DNA from: an uncultured archaeon
Lineage (GTDB): Archaea; Thermoplasmatota; Penumbrarchaeia; JASLWR01
DNA length: 11,561 nt
Reading direction: 5' to 3'
Assembly: GCA_964342815.1 (NCBI GenBank)
Contig: CAYFHS010000018.1
Location: 65,517 to 77,077 of the forward strand
Shown piece by piece: positions 1 to 7,600 of this stretch; within the stretch, counting starts at the first letter, position 1, and each line of letters begins with the position of its first letter. The notes below the pieces were generated by a model. That model was not told the origin of the DNA, ran no database searches, and saw nothing but the letters and a program-made list of their open reading frames with translations. Both the position numbers and the translations under genes were made by a program.

Positions 1-974
1 AGTACCCACAATCAGGGGGACAATACCCACCTCAACAAGAGCAACTGTCTGGAAGTCAAATGGGTGTGCCAGGAAAGCAGGGTAAACAGAGAAGCCCTGC
101 CATCTGGGGCCTTCTTTCAATTACCCCCATTGTTTTGGTTTGGGCATATTTTGTCTGGAAGGAAATAAAGGAATACAAAAATGACCCAAAAATCAACCCC
201 ATCAAGCAAGTTATTCTGCTCGTTGCAGTGTTTTTGTTACCCATGGTGTTTGGATCCATATTTGTGAGTATATTTTTAACAATACTCCCCTCTTTAATTT
301 TGGTTTATATCCTGGGAATTCTGATCAGTATAATTCCTGGAGTGGCTTTTTTCCTGTACCGGAATATGTTCAACCATGTCAGAGATATGCAGGTCTCCAG
401 CGGAACCTCTGAGGAAAATACTCTCAAGGCAACCAAACTTTCGGCGCTGATAGCCCTCCCGGTTGTTGTTCAAGGTGCTGTAAATGGAATCTTGGTGTTA
501 TTGGTCTGGATAACGGGATTGAGCATCCTTTCTTTGATTGGCCTTATTTTATTCATACTCTGGTTTGTTCCGGCATACGGCGTGTTCCTTGGACAGGCAA
601 GGCTCAACCAGATATGGGTGAACCTGGGTCAGAAACGCATGAAAGACAAGCTTGGAAAGAAGATCATAAAGATCCTTGGCGACGCGGCGGGGGATCTTGT
701 TGAAGATGCCACCGGTTCAAAGAAACTGGGGAAGAAAATTGACAAGGGCGTGACCAAGGGACTCAAGAAGGAGCAGAAGAGCCACAAACCCCATCACCCT
801 TCGCCGGACCAGCATTGGCCGCCGGAACCGTATCCACCCCAACAAGGCCAATATCCTCCTCAGCAAGAGCCAGTGGGATCGTATCCACCACATCAAGCCC
901 AATATCCTCCTCAGCAAGAGCCAGTGGGATCGTATCCACCACATCAAGCCCAATATCCTCCACCTCCATACTAG
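1..974 (+). CDS. Polytopic membrane protein of unknown function with Pro/Gln/Tyr-rich low-complexity repeats; 5' end lies outside the window
   Basis: The ORF track starts at ATG 60, but the same frame has no stop back to base 3 (YPQSGGQYPPQQEQLSGSQ-M), so the gene probably starts upstream of the window. There are about 5 hydrophobic segments (one of ~20 aa and two ~50-aa stretches), then a Lys-rich helical region and a YPPQQ-rich tail ending YPPPPY. Stop is TAG 972-974. Confidence 0.85.
   Translation, partial: YPQSGGQYPPQQEQLSGSQMGVPGKQGKQRSPAIWGLLSITPIVLVWAYFVWKEIKEYKNDPKINPIKQVILLVAVFLLPMVFGSIFVSIFLTILPSLILVYILGILISIIPGVAFFLYRNMFNHVRDMQVSSGTSEENTLKATKLSALIALPVVVQGAVNGILVLLVWITGLSILSLIGLILFILWFVPAYGVFLGQARLNQIWVNLGQKRMKDKLGKKIIKILGDAAGDLVEDATGSKKLGKKIDKGVTKGLKKEQKSHKPHHPSPDQHWPPEPYPPQQGQYPPQQEPVGSYPPHQAQYPPQQEPVGSYPPHQAQYPPPPY
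848..961 (+). repeat. Perfect in-frame 51-bp tandem repeat (~2.2 copies) encoding QYPPQQEPVGSYPPHQA
   Basis: The unit ccaatatcctcctcagcaagagccagtgggatcgtatccaccacatcaagc starts at 848 and 899, with a partial third copy at 950-961. Confidence 0.95.
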
Positions 975-1044
975 GGTATCTGTAAATGAGTAAATTAATT
1001 CTGTAACCCGATCGAGATTATTATTCTGTACATTATTAATTCTA

Positions 1045-1052
1045 TTTATAAT
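1045..1052 (+). promoter_or_regulatory. Candidate archaeal TATA box for the PDZ gene
   Basis: TTTATAAT in the AT-rich spacer 975-1127, about 90 bp upstream of ATG 1140. The same octamer occurs at 8429-8436 ahead of cdc48. Confidence 0.4.
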
Positions 1053-1139
1053 AAACAAGATCCAGTAGTGGGTCGACATTATATGCTGGGATACATCCCA
1101 TGACAAGTTTTTTATCATTGTCTGTAATTGTCATCTCGG

Positions 1140-1652
1140 ATGTACTCAAAACGATTCAACGACCCCTTCGTTTTCTTTTTAATTATCTCAATTCTACTCC
1201 TCGTCACCACACTTACGGGTTGTATATCGGACCCCGGCAAGGCAAAGATATTGGAAGTAAAAAAGGGGTCTCCAGCCCAGGAGAACGGTCTTAAAAAAGG
1301 AATGATAATAAACTACATAAGTTATGGCGATGGAGACAATTTCACAATTGAAACTGTGAAACGATATGACGAGGTGGGAGATATCATCTCCTCTTTACCG
1401 CCGGGGGAGCTTATAACTATTGGAGTACTTTACGAAAAAAAAGATTTGGTTTTCGAAAACATTGAACTTGCCGAGAACTCAGATCAGAAAGGATATCTCG
1501 GGATCGAAACAGGTCCAAGCTCGGGACTGATCTTGAGTGTGAATCACATAATAGTATACTTTTTTGTAATCATAACAATTTCAATTCTTATTTATGTTAC
1601 CAGCGCAGTGGAGAAGTGGATCGAAAGAAGAAAAAATGAACCCGACCGATAA
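1140..1652 (+). CDS. Membrane-anchored PDZ-domain protein, putative lipoprotein (S2P/HtrA-type circularly permuted PDZ)
   Basis: ATG 1140 preferred over TTG 1128. The signal-like N-terminus ends in LTGC (1212-1223). The PDZ signature is ILEVKKGSPAQENGLKKGMII...LPPGELITI...KGYLGI. A C-terminal hydrophobic helix (IIVYFFVIITISILIYV) is followed by a basic stop-transfer (RRK). Stop is TAA 1650-1652. Confidence 0.8.
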   Translation: MYSKRFNDPFVFFLIISILLLVTTLTGCISDPGKAKILEVKKGSPAQENGLKKGMIINYISYGDGDNFTIETVKRYDEVGDIISSLPPGELITIGVLYEKKDLVFENIELAENSDQKGYLGIETGPSSGLILSVNHIIVYFFVIITISILIYVTSAVEKWIERRKNEPDR

Positions 1653-1671
1653 TAATTATGACGAAATTCTG

Positions 1672-4600
1672 TTAATCGTCCCAATCCGCCACAAATTCTT
1701 TGTCATTCCGAATTGCTTTCACCCCTTTTTTCCGTTTTTTCTTGAGCTTTTTTTTGGTAAGGGGGACTTTGGATCTCATCTCTTCCGGTGTTTCTTCGAT
1801 TATTTCGAAAAAATCCTCGGCATCGTCCTCATCCCATGAAGCGACGGCATCACCAGCCTCGCTGTAACTGTCATAGACCTCGAATACGGCTTCAGCGTAA
1901 CTCCTTTCCTCGTCTATATCTTCATCCGATAATACGAAGGTATCCCGGATCTCATAATCATCATCATCCCATATATCGTCATCGTCATCCCTGACAATTT
2001 CATCTGCATCCAACCATTGGAACGATTTTCCACCGCTTTCCTCGTCACTATCCCTTTCTCCTTCAGAACTGCTTTCCTCCTCACCATCCCATATCCCAAC
2101 GGCACTGCTTTCCTCCTCACCATCCCATATCCCTTCAGCACTGCTTCCCTCGTCACTATCCCATATCCCTGCACTGCTTTCCTCATCATCATCCCATATC
2201 CCTTCACCTCCAACCGAGTCATCCCCAAATGATTCCATCACGTAATCAGCTTCGTGGGATTCCTCGGCATCCTCCAGTATACCGGCCTGGACATGATCGG
2301 TATAATCTTCCCTGAGGGATTCGTCTATCTCTTCGTCTTCGTCGTGGTCTTCCTTGATTCCATCTTCATTCGATTTCTCTGTATGCAATTCCCTATGCTT
2401 GACCTGGTCTTCTTCATCTTCCCTTTCACCCACAATCTTGGCGAGCTCCATTTCAAAAAAATCTTCCTCCTCAACTTCATCGTCGTTTGCCTCTACGGGA
2501 TAATCATCCGGTCGTTTGAAAATCAATTTGGGCTTTCCTTCATCTTCCTTTTCTTTTTTCTTTAGAGTGCGTTTCCTCGTTCTCCTACGAGGCTCGGGTT
2601 TCTTGTATTTTAGGGTAGGTTCTTTCTCTATGGTAAAATCAACTATTTCGGGAGCGTCCTCTATTACCTTCTTTGTTTTCTTACGCCCAAGCTTTATCTT
2701 GCAGTATGGACATTTGATCTCCTTGGAACTGACTTTGCTATAGCAACCCGGGCAAGTTCTCGTTTCTGGGTAATCGTCTTTCTTCTTGTAGATGTTGCTT
2801 CGCTTTGACAGACGGTAATCGCAATTTGGACATACCGTCTCGTATTTTCCGATATCAGCTTTGCATACCGGACAGGAGTGTGTGGAAGACAATTTTTTCT
2901 CCTGTTCCTTTTCCTGTTGTCTCCTCTTTTTTCGTCTGAAAACAGACACCATGATAATAACGAGAAGAGTGAGGAGTAGAACAAATCCAAGTACGATCCA
3001 TTGGAGATACTCGGCCATCAATCCTTTCGTATCTTCTTCATCTTGGTCCACTTCTTCGTTGCTCTGTGTGCTGTTGATATAAATATAGTGAGTAGGGCTC
3101 TTGTAAACAGAATTCTCATTACTGCCGCTATCATCTTTACATTCAAAATAGTAGCTGTGATTTCCAGCCTTAAGCGTACCCTTATACTGGTAGACCAACC
3201 CCACATCATAGGAAAACGCATCGCTGTTGATCTCCGTCATGTTGAACGATTCGTTATCGATATAAACACGAACATATTCCGGTTCCCCATCTTCCTCATC
3301 AAGATAGACTGCTGTAAAATAGAACCGTGTTGATTCATTTCCCCTCTTTGGTGTTACCGAGATATTCAGGAGCATAGGGGCAAGGTTCAACCGAACTATT
3401 TCAAGATTGAACGAAATGGTCACAGTTAGGGAAATCCCATCGGTAATGTCCACGGTAATCTCATGGCGCCCCATATCCCGGTATGCAGGGGTGAATCTTA
3501 TCTCACCGGTATCCCTGCCAATATTGAATTTCGGATTAGCAGATGAGAATGTAAGAGTGTCGTTCTCCTTATCTATTGCCTCAATTGTGAAATTAAACTC
3601 TATATCCACGTATGCCGTAAGATTTCCCGGAATGGCTACTACAGGCGGGTTATTTGGCAGCACCGTGAGATTGAATCCATTCCAGATCACTTCATTCCAA
3701 TCGCCAACACCGATCCAGACAAAGTGTTTCCCCACATCATCCAGACCCGGGGTAAAAGAGAAAGCCCCAGTGACAATGTCGATATCGAAAAGGTTTGAAT
3801 TATCGAAAAAAAACAGAGGATCGTTATTCGGATCTATTGCTTGAACAGTATAGTTCAACTGATGACCTGCAAAAACCTCAAGGTCCGGTATGGAGAATTT
3901 CGGTGGGGAGTTGGGTGAGTGAACCGTGGGCCCCTGGATCATTGGAGTTGAGATGTCGTCGAACAGGTTACGCGTGTTGAAACGGTAGCTGTGATTCCCC
4001 GGGTGGAGAAGGACATTCACCGAATAGTTCTTCCCGTCCAAGAGATTTTTATCCCAATCCTCGAGAGGAGTCATGGCTATGAAAGTATCATCGAGAACCA
4101 ATCCAACATATTCAGGCTCGTCATTCTCCAGATCGGTGTAGGTGACGTTGAATGTGAATAATGTATCGTTAAACCCGCTTTCAGGAAAAATCGAGTAAGA
4201 ATGAAGTTCAGGGGCCGTGTTATTGAAATTCCCCGTGATCTTGATGAAATCCAGTGCAACCCCTCTGGATTGGGTGGTAATATCTCTGTCTACGATATGC
4301 CAGCTAATACGAATAACTTTCCCCGAAAAATCCGATAGGTCCACCTTCAAACGCATCCATTCGTTTTCCATAGGAAGAGTACTGTGATTATAAGTTGCAA
4401 TGGTGGTATAGCTTTTATCGTATGCTTCCAGGATCAACTCATCGAACACCTGATCACCGGGTTCTGCCCCCTGGTAACCAGTAAGGTTCGCCCACATGTA
4501 AAAGGAGAGTTCAGGTACCTTCGCCCGTGTAAGGTCTATAGGAGGTGATATTATTCTCGAATCGACGCCTGGCGTGTAGTTGCTGTCGGCCCCTGTGCTG

Positions 4601-7600
4601 ATGAAAAAATCGTTCGGAAACGTCTGACCGGATAAACTGAGAGGCGGAAATGTTGTGGAATTCCTCTCCGTCAATTCCCAGATGTTCTGACTTCCTGGAA
4701 AAGACCAATTTAATATGTCGCGTTCCAGGTTATCGTGGAAATAAATATTCAACTCATGATAACCACTAAAGGGGTAGGTCATTATGTTCCCTACAATATC
4801 AGCAACTACGATCCTGTAATATATATTACCTGGTGGTCCTTCCACATGGGCGATATTAAGATCCTGACTCATCTTACTGAACTTGCTACGCATTACTCGA
4901 GACTCATCCAGAGTGCTATCGAAGGTGTATTCTACCGAAAAGGAAGACCTGTTAAGGGCTACATTGTCCCAGGCATTTGCATAGAATGTATAGTTATCGA
5001 CGTAGAGAACATCGAACTTGGGTTCGTGTACTATGAAAGGAGGTTCAATGTCGTTGGCAAAGACCTTGAACCGGTTCCATGTATCCATGTTACCAAGTGA
5101 CATGTCCGCAGGATGAAAACCCCTGCATTTCCTTCCATTCTGTGCCATGATATAGTAATATACTGTAGCATTTTCCGGTTGAGCCGGTACGTTTCCCGAA
5201 TATATGCCTTCGGTAGGGGAATAAACCATAGGAACCGTCTTCTCATTTGTTCCGTCTATTGAGTAAACCAAGTAAGCAAATTCCACAGGTTTCCCGGATT
5301 CCACACTCATCTCAACAATGTATGGGTCAGTGAGATCCACGGTGTTCTCAAGAGAGTCGTGGGAAATAAGCAAATTCGGCGAGAGAAACTCAAGAATTCT
5401 TGCCATAATCGTATTTCGATGTATATCCTGGCTTATCTCCTCGAAAGGGAATGAAAGATAGACCGCTCTGTAATCTTCCTCGTCAATCCTGAAACCAACA
5501 TCGAAATTCTTTTCCGGTACGTTAAATATAACCTCCGTACCATCGGAAACGCTGTAGTTGCACATGAAACGATCTCTTGAATCACTGCTCCGATTACTCA
5601 GTGTGATGGAGATATTGTCACCAATTCTATCGTCCTCGACCCCATAAACCGACTGGGGACCTGTATAATTGACCGCCCCTTCGTAATCCATATGTAAATA
5701 GTTAGAAAAAAAGATATCATAGCGAATTTCCAAACCGATGAAACTGCCACTGAGGAAAAGATTTCCTCCCTGGTCCAAATACTCTGAAAGAGAGACTAAA
5801 TCGATATTAGTTAGGGTACGACCCGATTCGGGCTCTGTCATGTAATCCCCCCATTCATCACCGGTCTCCCATATCACGGTGTCGTACCGGTTCAGAATGG
5901 TTGCGTTGGGCCCATCCTCAACGGGAGGTACTCTATAGCTATCGAAAGCGAGACCCGTATAGTTGAGTGCATCCCGGTACCAGTTATCAAAAGAAGTGTA
6001 ATTCCCTGCCTCGTCGTCATCAACGAGAAGTACTCCGGCAGGAACCAGAACTCTGAAGGAAAAATAATCAGCAACCGGCAAGCGGGCGGCATTGGGAATC
6101 ATGTAACTGTCCCTGGCAGTGAAATAATAATAAATAGATTCTCCCATTGGGATCACCGGGATATATGCCTTGAACTGGTCGGGCACTCCCGTGGATTCCA
6201 TTTTCAACTGTTGAAAGGCCGGTGAAGAAGTTCTATTATAAAATAGTGATATGGAATCAAGATCGAGAAACCAATCATCAGTTACCTTTAAAATGATCTC
6301 AAAAGGACCGTTGAACACCGTATCCACCAGTGGAAGATGCTGAATAACGGGAGGAGTGTAGTCCGGGATAACCATAAAGGAGTGTACAGTTGAGTTATCA
6401 AGAGGATTCGCCACGAAAGGGGAAGTTGTTATGTTCATATCCGCATCTGCAGCGCTGAGATAATAGAAGATAGTAACGTTTTCGGATGGTCCTGGGATCA
6501 TTGCTGAATAATCATCATTCCCCACATTGTTCAGCATTAATTCGGTGTAGTACCGACTACCATTCTTGTTGAAATACAACCTCAAAGAGCTGACATTCAA
6601 ATTGTAATCAGGGTCCACGATGGTTGCATTTATATTGTGAGGTCCATTGATATTGTTGTTATTCTCCAGTGGTTCATGTATTATCAACGGTTTATTTGAG
6701 GTGTCAGCAGTGAAACTGTACGAAACTTTTCCGGATCCTGAGGATACACACGCTACCACTATCACCATGTCCGTGTAGGTTGGACCGAACCCTAATATCC
6801 CGAAGTCCCCGTCCTGTTTGGAATCTAGTTTCAATTCCTCGACATCCGTTCCTCCAGGTCCCTCTTTAATAATCATTAGAGCAAAACTGGCGCCGTCGTT
6901 ACCATTAAAAGAGAACTCGAGCATTCCTATCCCGTCGGTGAAACGGTAATAATCAGCCGCCCAGTGATTCACGTTTCGGTTAGTCTTGCCCAGAGGATAA
7001 TGTGTATAATTGTATGAGCCGGTATCGGGTATCCTTAGCGTGATGTTCTTGTAATTGTATACGCCTCCGGCAACGGAGGGATTATCCAGTTTGTTGGCTA
7101 CGGTCCAGTTCTTGAAAACCTCGGTAAATCTTTCTTTGTAGCCATAAGCGGCAAGAACCCTGTTTACCCCGTTTATCGAATTGGAATTTTCATCGACAAG
7201 GGATTTTATGAACGATTCACCTCCATAATGCTCCTCGAGATAATCCAAAAATGCTGCCGATGCGCCGTAATCCTGATTCGTCTGGCCCCAGACGGTAAGA
7301 TCCTTATCATGATTGTTCTTGAAACTGTTAACATGACCGGAAACACCGGTGGAAAATCCGTAATTCTTGATTATCGCCAGGTCCGAGCATCCCTCGTTGA
7401 TCCAGGCGTTTTCATTGAAGTCCCCGTTATAATGAATCATATGTTGGAACTCATGTGCCGCGATTTGCTTTCCCCATGTGGAAAGGTCTGCGAGATCGAT
7501 ATAGAATATTTCCATGTGATTGGAATATGGATAGTTGGGAGAATTCGGATTAACGATCTCATTGATTGACGTAAAATATCCCCCCGTACCCCATGCACCG

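Noticed and set aside
60-1652. Split site-2 protease (membrane gene plus PDZ gene)
   Set aside because: The visible part of the membrane protein has no HExxH or NxxPxxxxDG motif, and a 165-bp spacer with its own TATA-like box separates the genes. The unseen N-terminus remains unchecked.
763-2232. Repetitive peptides in ORFs 763..969 (-), 1914..2228 (-) and 2017..2232 (+)
   Set aside because: Their periodicity is just the 51-bp and 33-36-bp repeats read in other frames.
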